Assembly (NCBI GenBank): GCA_963755715.1
Contig: CAVWLW010000065.1
Location: forward strand, 5,766 to 69,765
Direction of reading: 5' to 3'
Origin: an uncultured delta proteobacterium
GTDB taxonomy: Bacteria; Desulfobacterota; Binatia; UBA9968
DNA: 64,000 nt
Both the position numbers and the translations under genes were made by a program. A model generated the notes under the pieces. The model had not been told where the DNA came from and did no database searches. It saw nothing but the letters and a program-made list of their open reading frames with translations. Numbering within the stretch: the stretch's first letter is position 1; every line of letters begins with the position of its first letter. Shown one piece after another: positions 1-9,772 of this stretch.

Positions 1-155
1 CGTCCGCAGCCGGGACGCCGAGCGGCGCCGATGATGCCAAGAGCGCACGGCCGTTCGGTGAAAATAATTTACCAAAACCCCTGGTCTTTGATCACGCGCA
101 GATCTTGCGCGACTACTTTGCTTTTAAGCGGACCGGCCAGCGCCCAAAGCCGTGA
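1..155 (+). CDS. 3' end of an unidentified CDS entering from upstream (partial)
   Basis: Frame 3 is open from the window edge to TGA at 153-155 (...PFGENNLPKPLVFDHAQILRDYFAFKRTGQRPKP*). Convergent with the aminotransferase gene. No family recognised. Confidence 0.3.
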   Translation, partial: SAAGTPSGADDAKSARPFGENNLPKPLVFDHAQILRDYFAFKRTGQRPKP

Positions 156-167
156 GTCGTCTGCGCC

Positions 168-1370
168 TTAAACTAGTTTTAGCGCAGCTTGACGAATCCG
201 CTCGCAGCCCTTTTCGATATCGGCGAGCGCCGTCGCATAAGAAAAGCGAATATGTTCGTGCGAGCCGAAATCTTCCCCTGGCACTCCTGCCACTTGAGCT
301 TCTTCGAGCAAATAGTCGGCTAACTCACAAGGCGAGTTGAGCTTTTTCTCGCGGCCGGTTTTACCCAGCAGGCCGGCGATGTTCGGGAAAACATAAAAAG
401 CCCCTTCAGGTTTGCGGCAACTGATGCCGTCGATGGCGTTGAGCCTGTCGACGATCACGTCGCGGCGCTTGTGAAATTCGCGCACCATGGTCGCGACCTC
501 ATCTTGCGGACCGCGTAACGCTTCTAAAGCAGCGAATTGGGCGATGGAGGTCGGATTGGATGTGCTTTGACTTTGAATTTTGCTCCCGGCGGCGATGATC
601 TCGCTCGGGCCGAGCGCATAACCGATGCGCCAGCCGGTCATGGCATAAGTCTTCGACACGCCGTTGACGATCACCGCGCGCTCGCGCAGCGCCGGGCAGA
701 GCGTTACGATGTTATGCACCTCGAAGCCGTCGTAGACGATCTTCTCGTAGATGTCATCGGCAAAAATCAGACAATCGTGCTTTTCCAGGACCCTCGCGAT
801 GGCCAGCAACTCATCGCGAGCATAAGTCGCGCCGGTCGGGTTGCATGGGCTGTTTAAGAAAAAAACTCGCGTGCGCGGTGTCAGCGCCGCTTCGAGTTGG
901 TCCGGCTTAATGCGGAAACCGCTGGCCTCGTTCGACGGGATTAGCTTCGGCACGCCGCCCGCGAGTAAAGCCATATCGGCGTAACTGACCCAATAAGGCG
1001 CGGGGATCAGCACCTCGTCCCCCGGATTCACTACGGCTTGCAAGATATTATACAGCGAATGTTTCGCGCCGCAGCTGACCAAAACGTCTTCCTTCCGATA
1101 AATGAGGTCATGCTCGCGCCGGTATTTTTCACTAATCGCTTCGCGCAGCGGCTCGATCCCTTTCACGTCGGTGTATTTGGTCATGCCTTTGCGCAGCGCC
1201 TCGACCGCGGCCGCCTTGATATGCTCGGGAGTATCGAAATCCGGTTCGCCGGCGGAAAAATTGACCACATCAATCCCTTCGGCGCGAAGCTTGTTCGCCT
1301 TCGCGGCGATCGCTAAAGTCACCGAAGGTTTAATCAGTTTGGTTCTTTCAGCGAGTTGAGCCATTGACAA
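168..1370 (-). CDS. aspC: Class I/II PLP-dependent aminotransferase, aspartate aminotransferase-like
   Basis: 400-aa ORF with NFSAGEPDF, NSPCNPTG and the PLP-lysine context SKTYAMTGWRIGY. Length typical of AspAT. Confidence 0.88.
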   Translation of the reverse strand: MSMAQLAERTKLIKPSVTLAIAAKANKLRAEGIDVVNFSAGEPDFDTPEHIKAAAVEALRKGMTKYTDVKGIEPLREAISEKYRREHDLIYRKEDVLVSCGAKHSLYNILQAVVNPGDEVLIPAPYWVSYADMALLAGGVPKLIPSNEASGFRIKPDQLEAALTPRTRVFFLNSPCNPTGATYARDELLAIARVLEKHDCLIFADDIYEKIVYDGFEVHNIVTLCPALRERAVIVNGVSKTYAMTGWRIGYALGPSEIIAAGSKIQSQSTSNPTSIAQFAALEALRGPQDEVATMVREFHKRRDVIVDRLNAIDGISCRKPEGAFYVFPNIAGLLGKTGREKKLNSPCELADYLLEEAQVAGVPGEDFGSHEHIRFSYATALADIEKGCERIRQAALKLV

Positions 1371-1375
1371 AATTC

Positions 1376-1870
1376 CTAACGCCCAAACTTTTGATTGAGC
1401 CTTTTTAAAACGTTGTCGGGCACCAGGCCGGAAACGTTTCCGCCCAGGCTGACCACTTCTTTGACCAAACGCGAGCTGGTATAGAACTCGGATTCACCCG
1501 TCATCATAAACAAGGTTTCTAACTGCGGTTTCAGGCGGTGATTCATCATCGCCATTTGAAATTCATACTCAAAATCCGAGATCGCTCGCAAGCCGCGGAT
1601 GACGACCGTCGAGCGTTTCTTTTCGGCATAGTCGACGAGCAGGCCGTGAAAGGAATCGGCCTGGACGCGGTCCTTAACATCGACGAAAACTTCGGTGATC
1701 ATTTGCAATCGTTCTTCGACGCTAAAGAGCGAATGGTCTTTGTCCGGATTGGTGGCGATCGCGATGATGATTTTATCGAACACCCGCAAAGTGCGCTTGA
1801 CCAGATCCACATGGCCATTGGTGATCGGATCGAAGGAGCCGGGGTAGATAGCAACTTGAACGAGTGGCAT
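1376..1870 (-). CDS. coaD: Phosphopantetheine adenylyltransferase
   Basis: 164 aa. Nucleotidyltransferase signature AIYPGSFDPITNGHVDLV at the N-terminus, colinear with PPAT. Confidence 0.95.
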   Translation of the reverse strand: MPLVQVAIYPGSFDPITNGHVDLVKRTLRVFDKIIIAIATNPDKDHSLFSVEERLQMITEVFVDVKDRVQADSFHGLLVDYAEKKRSTVVIRGLRAISDFEYEFQMAMMNHRLKPQLETLFMMTGESEFYTSSRLVKEVVSLGGNVSGLVPDNVLKRLNQKFGR

Positions 1871-1882
1871 AGAAAAATGTCC

Positions 1883-2455
1883 TCAAGCAGCCGGATCGGA
1901 TGTTGCTGCGGCTTTAAAAAATGTCAGGAAAGTATCACCATATCGCCGTTGATCATTCAAGATGAGCGAGCCATAGCTCGGTTTCACTTCTTCGCGCCGG
2001 CTGTGCTCCGCCACCGCTGTGCCTATCGGATCGAGCAAATGGTTCTGCGCGATCAGCTTGAGCGTGGCGCCGACCAGCCGTCGGTCGTAAGGCGGATCGA
2101 CAAAAATCAGATCGAAAGTCTCACCCCGCTGCGCCAGCGATCGCAGCGCCCGGGCCACCGGTAAAACCCAGACTTGCGAGCGCGCGCCGAAGCCGAGCCG
2201 GCGCAGATTTTCCCGGATCGCGGCGGCGGATCGCGCCGAAGCGTCGACCAAAACCGCTTTTTCCGCGCCGCGGCTGAGCGCTTCAATGCTGACGTTGCCG
2301 GTGCCCGCGAACAGATCCAGCACGCGTAATCCGGAAAAATCGCGCGGCAAGATGTTAAAAAGCGACTCTTTGACCTTGCCGGCTGTCGGTCGCACCGCTC
2401 CACCCTTGGGCACAACCAAGCGACGGCCTTTCGCCGTTCCACCAATGATTCGCAT
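1883..2455 (-). CDS. rsmD: 16S rRNA (guanine966-N2)-methyltransferase RsmD family
   Basis: 190 aa. SAM motif I DLFAGTGNVSIEALSRGA and DPPY motif. Sits directly upstream of coaD, as in many bacteria. Confidence 0.85.
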   Translation of the reverse strand: MRIIGGTAKGRRLVVPKGGAVRPTAGKVKESLFNILPRDFSGLRVLDLFAGTGNVSIEALSRGAEKAVLVDASARSAAAIRENLRRLGFGARSQVWVLPVARALRSLAQRGETFDLIFVDPPYDRRLVGATLKLIAQNHLLDPIGTAVAEHSRREEVKPSYGSLILNDQRRYGDTFLTFFKAAATSDPAA

Positions 2456-2521
2456 GGGATTTAGCTCTTCGAAACGACTCTGAGTCTAATCATAGGACCG
2501 GCAATTTCGCCAGCGAGCCGG

Positions 2522-3620
2522 CTACTCGTCCATGCGCAAGACGATCTTGCCGAACGATTCGCCTTTTTCCATGCGCTGGTGTGCTTTGGCCGCATCGTGG
2601 AGCGGGTAGATGCGATCGATGATCGGTTTGGCGCCGCTCACCGCGAAGAAATTTAGCAGTTGGCGAAACTCTTCACGCGTTCCCGCCGCCGCTCCGAATA
2701 CCTTTAAGTGGTTCCAAAAAATCCGCCGTAGATCGGTTGCGGCAGCGGCTCCAGCGACTGCGCCGCAAGTCACCAACCGGCCGCCCCGAGCGAGCGAAGC
2801 GAGACTTTTACTCCAGCTCTCGCCGCCGACGCAATCGACGACGACGTCGACGCCGCGCTTGCCGGTGAGACTTCGTACCTCCTTGGCGAAATCCGTATGG
2901 CGATAATTGATGCCATGCTCGGCGCCGAGCATTTTCGCTTTCGCTAACTTTTCCGCGTTGCCCGAAGCGATGATGATATGAGTCGCGAGTGAAGCGGCGA
3001 CGAGCAGCGCCGCGGTCGCGATGCCGCCGCCGCCGACAATCAAAAGCGATTCGCCGGGCCGCAGTTCGGCTTGAGTGATCAACAGGCGCCACAGCGTAAC
3101 ATAAACCAAGGGGAAGGCGGCGGCTTCTTCGAAAGACAGGCCGGCGGGAATTGCGAAACAATTTTTACCCGGCATGCTCACGTACTCCGCGTAGGTTCCG
3201 TGCCTGCGCTCGCCGAGAACGGATCGGGTCGCGCACATGTGATCTCGTTCACTTGCACAGAAATCGCACCGTCCGCAGCCGAGTGACAGGGTAAAGGCAG
3301 ACGCTGTCGCCTAGGTTGACGTGGGTGACCGCGCGACCGACTGCGACGATCGTCCCGGCGCCGTCGCTGCCGATGATATGCGGAAAGGATAATGGAGCGC
3401 CGTTTTGGCCGGAGCGAATTGCAATATCGACTCGATTGACTGCAGCGGCACGTAGCTTGACGATGACGTCGTTCGGTGATTCAAGAGCTGGATCGCCAGT
3501 CTCTTCAAAGCACAACTTGTCGACCCCGCCGGGGGAGTGAATTTGGATAGCTTTCAAGCGTATGCTCAATCGATCGATTGCGTTGACAAGATCAACCGGC
3601 TGCGTCGACGGGAGTCCCAA
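2522..3620 (-). pseudogene. Zinc-type MDR alcohol dehydrogenase/quinone oxidoreductase, frame-disrupted (pseudogene or sequencing error)
   Basis: ORF 3249-3620 is the GroES-like part (IIGSDGAGTIVAVG...GDSVCLYP). ORF 2522-3238 is the Rossmann part (LLIVGGGGIATAAL). Skipping one base near 3283-3290 restores ...SLGCGRCDFCASERDHMCATRS (Cys cluster) in frame with the C-terminal ORF. Likely TTG start at 3557 (MKAIQIHSPGG). Confidence 0.8.
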
Positions 3621-3686
3621 GCAGGCGCTCTCAAACTTTTAAGTTCGCAAGCACCGAAGCTATTGAAAGAAGCTGATCGTCGCGCA

Positions 3687-4034
3687 CTATGCGGAGAAGG
3701 ACGTGCCGCAGCCGCAGGTGGCGGTCGCGTTGGGATTGGTGAACTTAAAACCGCCGCCGTGCAGGCCGGTGACAAAATCTATGACGGTGCCGCTCAAGTA
3801 GGGAGCGCTACTGCCGTCGACGTAGACTCTGACGCCGTCAAGCTCGAGGACCACGTCGTCAGGCTTGGTTTGGTTGTCGAAATCCAGCTTGTACGAAAAG
3901 CCGGAGCAACCTCCGTCCGATACACCCACGCGCAGGCCGTTTCCTTCGCGCTGGTCGCGCGCCAGGAGTTTTTTGACCTGCGCAATCGCGCTGTCCGTTA
4001 GGCTTAAATCTAGACCATTGGCGGTGTTTTCCAT
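3687..4034 (-). CDS. erpA: HesB/IscA-type iron-sulfur cluster insertion protein
   Basis: 115 aa with GCSGFSYKLDFD and C-terminal CGCGTSFSA, typical of the A-type carrier family. Confidence 0.85.
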   Translation of the reverse strand: MENTANGLDLSLTDSAIAQVKKLLARDQREGNGLRVGVSDGGCSGFSYKLDFDNQTKPDDVVLELDGVRVYVDGSSAPYLSGTVIDFVTGLHGGGFKFTNPNATATCGCGTSFSA

Positions 4035-4114
4035 AATTGCTGCTCTTTGGTGTCTTTAAGGTTAATGCTCTAAAGCCCGCGTGTCAACGGGACCCGCGCC
4101 GCGGGTCTGACGGG

Positions 4115-5041
4115 TCATTGACCGAGCAACGCTTGCACGAAATCCGCCGGCTCGAACGGTTGAAGATCTTCGATCTCCTCACCGACGCCGATATATTTCA
4201 CCGGGACGCCGAGCTCTTCCTGGATGCTGATGATGACACCGCCTTTAGCCGTGCCGTCGAGCTTGGTCAAAACGATGCCGGTAATATCGGTCGCTTCTTT
4301 GAAGACGCGAGCTTGTTGCAAGCCGTTTTGCCCTGTTATCGCGTCCAACACCAGCAGCGTTTCGTGTGGCGCATTCGGCTGCTCGCGGGCGATTACCCGG
4401 CGAATTTTTTTCAGCTCTTCGATCAAATGCAATTTGGTGTGCAGCCGGCCGGCGGTATCGATCAGTAAAACGTCTATGCCGCGGCTTTTCGCGGCTTGCA
4501 TGCCGTCGAAAACCACGGCGGACGGATCCGCGCCTGGGCGATGCTTGACGACATCGACGCCAACGCGCTGTCCCCAGATATCGAGTTGCTCGATCGCCGC
4601 AGCGCGAAAGGTGTCCGCTGCCACCAGCAGGACCTTCTTGCCCGCGCTTCGGTATTGGGCGGCGAGTTTGCCGATGGTGGTTGTTTTGCCGACGCCGTTG
4701 ACGCCGAGAAAAAGTATCACCCAAGGCCGCGCTGAAAGCGGCGCAAGCTTAGGCGGGGAGGCGGATTCTTGCAGCATTTGGATCATGCTGGCCTGCAGCC
4801 GCGCTGACATTTCCTCGGCGATATCGCCGTTGCCGTCAGGAGATTGCCGCCGCAGCGCTTCCATCAGCTTGTCGGTCGCTTTGACGCCGACGTCCGCGGC
4901 GATCAGGCTCTCTTCCATGGCGTCGAGCGACTCCTCGTCCCAGCGGCGGTTTTGAAAGATCGAGCCGATGTTCTGAAGCAAGCTCTCGCGGCTTTTAGTG
5001 AGCCCCTGTTTTAAGCGTTGAAAAAAAGATTCGCCCGCCAT
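4115..5041 (-). CDS. ftsY: Signal recognition particle receptor FtsY (short form, NG domain)
   Basis: 308 aa. [16 protein letters not shown]-loop, [17 protein letters not shown]. Confidence 0.95.
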   Translation of the reverse strand: MAGESFFQRLKQGLTKSRESLLQNIGSIFQNRRWDEESLDAMEESLIAADVGVKATDKLMEALRRQSPDGNGDIAEEMSARLQASMIQMLQESASPPKLAPLSARPWVILFLGVNGVGKTTTIGKLAAQYRSAGKKVLLVAADTFRAAAIEQLDIWGQRVGVDVVKHRPGADPSAVVFDGMQAAKSRGIDVLLIDTAGRLHTKLHLIEELKKIRRVIAREQPNAPHETLLVLDAITGQNGLQQARVFKEATDITGIVLTKLDGTAKGGVIISIQEELGVPVKYIGVGEEIEDLQPFEPADFVQALLGQ

Positions 5042-5116
5042 GTAAGGACACTCTTTCTGAACTCGACTTTGGAGTCAACGGGCTGGGTGACGGATCGGCA
5101 GGCAGAGGGTGAAGCG

Positions 5117-8100
5117 TCAATGCATGCGCACAGAAACGACCTTGGAAACTCCAGGTTCCGCCATCGTAATGCCGTAAAGAACCTCAGCGGCCTGCATGGA
5201 TTTCTTGTTATGCGTTACCAAGACGAATTGCGAATGCTCACTCATCTCTTTGATTATCTCGATGAACCGATCGATATTGGCGTCGTCCAACGGCGCGTCG
5301 ACCTCATCGAGAAAGCAGAACGGACTCGGTTTGGTCAAGAAGATCGCGAACAACAGGCTTACCGCCGTCAGCGCTTTTTCACCGCCGGACAAGAGCGTGA
5401 TCGACTGAAGTTTTTTGCCGGGCGGCTGCACAACGATATCGACGCCGGTCTCGAGGTAGTCGTTATCATCGGTCAGCACCAGCTTGGCTTTGCCGCCGCG
5501 GAAAAGGCGCGGGAAGATCACCTCGAATTTTTCGTTGATCGCTTCGAAGCTTTCCTTGAAACGCAAGCGGCAAACCCGATTGAGCTTGACGATGGTCTGT
5601 TGCAAGTCGGCGATCGATTTTTCCAAGTCTTCTTTTTGACGGCTCATAAAGCCAAAGCGCTCGGTGAGCTCTTCATATTCGCCGATCGCCGCCAAATTGA
5701 CTTCGCCCATTCGCTCGAGGCGGCCGCGCAGATCGTCGATCTGTTCCGTCAAATCGGCTTGTGAAAGGGTGTCATCGGCTGATTCGATCGATAGCGTTTC
5801 AAGCGCGACATCGTATTTTTCCCGCAGGTTGGCGGCCAGGTGCTGCAGCTCGAGCTGCTGTTTCGCCAGCGCCAGTTGGATGCGGTTCTTGTCTTCCTGG
5901 CAAGCTTCGCCGCGCGGCCGGAGCTCTTTGATGGCCTCGCCGATCTCGGCCAGTTGCAAAGAAACTTTCCGGTAGCTCTGGCGGTCTGTCTGAAGCTGCG
6001 CTTCGAGAGCTTGAAGTTCCGTTCGCCGGCGTCCGAGGGCTTCTTCGGTGTTCGCCATTTCTTGCTCGAGGTCGCGCCGGCGCTGGTGAAACTCGGCGAT
6101 ACGTCCTTGACGCGCTGCGATTTCCTGGGCGGTCTCTTCCTGAAGCTTTAGTCGATTGGCCAGGTTCGTGTGCGTATTCTCTTTTTTCTCGCCGAGGGCT
6201 GCGTGGCGTATGCGCGACTGGGTCACCGCTGCTTCGGCGGCTTCGACGGTCTGGTGAAGCTCGCTGAAGGTCGTCTGTTTTTGTGTGAGGCCGCGCTCCC
6301 GTTCCGTCTTCTCCTCGATCCGTGTTTGCATGTTGCTGTAACAGCGTTGAATTTCCTCGTCGAGCAAATGGACCGCTGTCGTCAGATCGGTTTGCTCCTG
6401 AGTGAAGGCTTGCATGGATTGGGTGATCCGCTCGCACTCGCGCTCCGCGGAACTCTTTTCGAGCTCGAGCCGCACGCGCTCGATTTCGAGGCGATGGCTC
6501 TCGGCGGTCAGTAAAGTTTTCTGGGTCTCAGCCTGCTCGAGTTCTTGTTTGAGCTGCGCGCTTTCCTGTTCTTCTTGGGGCAGCCGAGTTTCGAGGGCAG
6601 CGAGATTTTGGCTCAGATCGCGGATGCGACGGCGCTGCGCTAGAAAGCTCGCTTCGAGCGGCGCGCCGCTGCCGCCGGTCACGATACCCATCGGATCGAT
6701 GACTTCGCCTTCGGCGGTTACGAGAGTGCTGTAGTAGCCGTTACGGTTCCACAGCGATAATCCGGCTTGCAGATCGCGCACCACGACGACGTCGGAGAGA
6801 AGATACTCGGCGACATCGTGATAACCTTCTTTGACTGAAATCACGTCCATCATCGGCGCGATCACTTCGGCTTCGCCGAGCGGCAGCTCTTTGTGCGTTT
6901 TGCGCGACAACTCGAGCGGGATGAAGCTACTGCGTCCCGACGCTTGATGCTTTAAATACTCGATGGCTTCGACGCCATCCTGGTGACCTTTCACGATGAC
7001 GCACTGCAACCGATCGCCTAAAACCGCGGTGAGCGCCTTCTCGTAGTGCTCGGGCGCCTCGATGACTTCGGCGACCAAACCATAAATGCCGTTGGGCGAA
7101 GCCGCCTGCTGCTTTTTCAGCATGATCGCTCGCACGCCTTCCTGGCAACCTTCATAGTTCCTTTGGATATCTTCCAAGGACGCCAAGCGCGAGCGATTTT
7201 CCTGGAGGTGTTCTTTGAGGCAGGCGATCTTTTTTTCTTTTTCGTCGAGAGCGCCGCCCAGGGACTGGATCGAGGCGGTCGCGAGCGCGATTTCGAACGA
7301 GCGCTCGCGAATTTTTTCGAGACAACTTGCCAGCAAGTTTCCGGTTTCGCTGATCTTGGTCTCGCATGCAGCCAACAGCGCCGTGGTTTGAGTCAGTTCC
7401 ACACGGCTTCGCGCCAATTCGTTGCCGATCTCGCCGCGCCGTTTTTCCTTGCTCAGGGCATCGTTTTTAAAATTTGCGATCTGATTGGCGGCGTCGATTA
7501 GAGATTCTTTTTCGCGCTCCAGTGCGCTTTGCAATGAGCGGATCTGCTCTTGGAGGCTTTCCAGTTCGCTTTCCTTGTCGCATAAAAATGTTTCCTCAAA
7601 CAGCGACAATTGGATAAAGCTCTCTTTGGCCTTCTCGAGCTCCTCGATTTCCAGGACGACCGTCTTGGTTCTTTCTTCGAGCTGCAAAAGCGAAGCGCGG
7701 GTTTCGTCTTCGCTCTGATCCAATTGAGCCAAGTCTTTTCTGAAAAAGTCGCACTTCTGCTCGTCGGTTTGAATCTCGGTGCGGCGCTGGTAAAGGGTTT
7801 CTTGCTGCAGGCCGATTTGCTTGTCCGCTTCCAGGAGCGCCAGGCGCACCGATTCGTTTTCCGCTTCCTTGGCGTGCAACGCGGCGAGGATTTCCGCCCA
7901 TTGATTCTCGACGCTAGCCAGTTGCGCTTGCTGTCGGCTGATATCCTGATGAAAAGCTTCCCGCTGGAGAAAAGTGAAGGCAAGGTCCTTTTCTTTAAGC
8001 TCCGATTTCAACGCACGATAACGCTCGGCCTTCTTGGCTTGCAGTTCCATCGAGCGGATTTGGCGCTCGATCTCGCGCACGATGTCGGTGACTCGAAGCA

Positions 8101-8671
8101 GATTTTGGTGGGTGCGCTCCAGTTTCTTTTCAGCGACGGTTTTGCGGCTTTTATACTTGCTGGTGCCGGCGGCTTCCTCGATCAAGCCACGGCGCTCCTC
8201 CGGCTTGGAATTGACCAACTCGTCGACTTTCCCCTGCTCGACGATAGAGTAGGCTTTACTACCGACGCCGGTGCCGAGGAACAATTCCACGACATCTTTT
8301 AGGCGGCAGCCGACCTTGTTGATCGCGTATTCGGATTCCCCGGAGCGAAAGAGCCGGCGCGTCACCATGATTTCACTAAAGCTGCTGTACTCCGCCGGGC
8401 TGCGGCCGTCCTCATTGTCGAAAATAATGGAGACTTCGGCCATGCCGGTGGCCGGCAGGCTATCGCTCCCGTTAAAGACCACGTCTTCCATTTGTTGCCC
8501 GCGAAGATGGCGGGCGCTCTGCTCGCCCATGGCCCAGCGTAAGGCGTCAACGATATTGGACTTGCCGCAGCCATTGGGACCGACCACCGCCGTGATACCC
8601 GGATTCAGCTCGACGATAGTCCTTTGAGCGAAGGACTTAAAACCAATCATTTCAAGGCGTTTTAAACGCAT
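5117..8671 (-). CDS. smc: Chromosome segregation protein SMC
   Basis: 1184 aa. N-terminal Walker A GPNGCGKSNIVDA, long coiled-coil arms, central hinge, C-terminal LSGGEKALTAVSLLFAI signature and Walker B FCFLDEVDAPLD. Confidence 0.96.
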   Translation of the reverse strand: MRLKRLEMIGFKSFAQRTIVELNPGITAVVGPNGCGKSNIVDALRWAMGEQSARHLRGQQMEDVVFNGSDSLPATGMAEVSIIFDNEDGRSPAEYSSFSEIMVTRRLFRSGESEYAINKVGCRLKDVVELFLGTGVGSKAYSIVEQGKVDELVNSKPEERRGLIEEAAGTSKYKSRKTVAEKKLERTHQNLLRVTDIVREIERQIRSMELQAKKAERYRALKSELKEKDLAFTFLQREAFHQDISRQQAQLASVENQWAEILAALHAKEAENESVRLALLEADKQIGLQQETLYQRRTEIQTDEQKCDFFRKDLAQLDQSEDETRASLLQLEERTKTVVLEIEELEKAKESFIQLSLFEETFLCDKESELESLQEQIRSLQSALEREKESLIDAANQIANFKNDALSKEKRRGEIGNELARSRVELTQTTALLAACETKISETGNLLASCLEKIRERSFEIALATASIQSLGGALDEKEKKIACLKEHLQENRSRLASLEDIQRNYEGCQEGVRAIMLKKQQAASPNGIYGLVAEVIEAPEHYEKALTAVLGDRLQCVIVKGHQDGVEAIEYLKHQASGRSSFIPLELSRKTHKELPLGEAEVIAPMMDVISVKEGYHDVAEYLLSDVVVVRDLQAGLSLWNRNGYYSTLVTAEGEVIDPMGIVTGGSGAPLEASFLAQRRRIRDLSQNLAALETRLPQEEQESAQLKQELEQAETQKTLLTAESHRLEIERVRLELEKSSAERECERITQSMQAFTQEQTDLTTAVHLLDEEIQRCYSNMQTRIEEKTERERGLTQKQTTFSELHQTVEAAEAAVTQSRIRHAALGEKKENTHTNLANRLKLQEETAQEIAARQGRIAEFHQRRRDLEQEMANTEEALGRRRTELQALEAQLQTDRQSYRKVSLQLAEIGEAIKELRPRGEACQEDKNRIQLALAKQQLELQHLAANLREKYDVALETLSIESADDTLSQADLTEQIDDLRGRLERMGEVNLAAIGEYEELTERFGFMSRQKEDLEKSIADLQQTIVKLNRVCRLRFKESFEAINEKFEVIFPRLFRGGKAKLVLTDDNDYLETGVDIVVQPPGKKLQSITLLSGGEKALTAVSLLFAIFLTKPSPFCFLDEVDAPLDDANIDRFIEIIKEMSEHSQFVLVTHNKKSMQAAEVLYGITMAEPGVSKVVSVRMH

Positions 8672-8899
8672 AAGTCATTCTATCCAGGGAACTTTGGGGA
8701 GTTTTCGACAGCGAAATTAACTGCAATATTCCATAGCAAGGATGGGGTGTCAAGGAGAAAATCACAATATACGGTGCATTTGTTAGTCTTTTACCGCAAG
8801 ATATGGGACCGAATAATGGTCAGGTAAAAGGTTGGCAAACCCGACGGCTTTGGAATCAAAGCATAAGATTGGCGCGGGGGCGGAATAAGCCAAATAAAA

Positions 8900-9532
8900 C
8901 TACTTTTCGAGGAGCTCGGTGTTCCAATAGGAGACATCGACAGTGTTGAGAAAGGGCATCCATTCCTTGTACCGAGACATGCTGAAAGTCTCCTGCATGA
9001 ACGGCGTCCACTGCGGCTTCAGTGGCTTACGCACGAGCGGCATACTGGCCTGGTGTGGGGTCCGACCGCCTTTCCTGCGATTGCATTCATGGCACGAGCA
9101 GACGACGTTCTCCCAAATGGATGTGCCGCCTTGGGAACGCGGAATTACGTGGTCGAGATTAAGCTCATGACGCGGCAAGCGTCGGCCGCAGTATTGGCAG
9201 GTGCACTTGTCGCGCGCGTAAATGTTGTACCGGCTAAAGCGCACCTGGCGCTTGGGTACGCGATCGTAGCTGACCAACAAAACTACCCGCGGAACGCGGA
9301 TCACCCGATTCACCAACCCCACGGTTTCGTCATGTGCCGAGATCGACAGATCGCTCCAACTGTCGAAATCGAAGGTTTGGTACTGCTCGTTGACCGCCTT
9401 TGCGATCCCCTGATAGAGAAGCACGAAGGCGCGGCGAACAGAGGTAACGTGGATCGGCAAATAGGAACGGTTGAGAATCAGGACCTTGGTGTTCAATATG
9501 CCATACACGGGCGCGACGGCCGGATAAGTCAT
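8900..9532 (-). CDS. HNH endonuclease family protein
   Basis: 210 aa. CQYCGRRLPRHELNLDHVIPRSQGGTSIWENVVCSCHECNRRKGG is a complete HNH/zinc-ribbon motif. Confidence 0.8.
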   Translation of the reverse strand: MTYPAVAPVYGILNTKVLILNRSYLPIHVTSVRRAFVLLYQGIAKAVNEQYQTFDFDSWSDLSISAHDETVGLVNRVIRVPRVVLLVSYDRVPKRQVRFSRYNIYARDKCTCQYCGRRLPRHELNLDHVIPRSQGGTSIWENVVCSCHECNRRKGGRTPHQASMPLVRKPLKPQWTPFMQETFSMSRYKEWMPFLNTVDVSYWNTELLEK

Positions 9533-9772
9533 AGGTTACTTTCACTGCTCGACATGGGTCGGCGTGAGCCAGGGGTAGTCCTCTCAAAGTACCGAGCGGC
9601 GGTCATAAAGTCAAATAAAGCTAAGGATTGTACGCCGTAGCATGCTTGAAGTCACGGCTGAATTCCTCTATAACCACAACTAATTTCATTTACGCGTTAG
9701 TGAGTTCACCCGGTCGACGGGTGATACCACCTCACAACACCTCTCCCTCCTGGAATCCATTTACAGAGTCTT

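Noticed and set aside
5196-8627. Numerous 60-230 aa ORFs on both strands within the smc gene
   Set aside because: All are embedded in a 1184-aa ORF with complete SMC head, coiled-coil and hinge architecture. None has a motif of its own.
8900-9532. HNH endonuclease as part of a defence or mobile element
   Set aside because: It is a lone gene between smc and rng with no methylase, helicase, integrase, repeats or compositional shift. It looks like a conserved chromosomal HNH protein.
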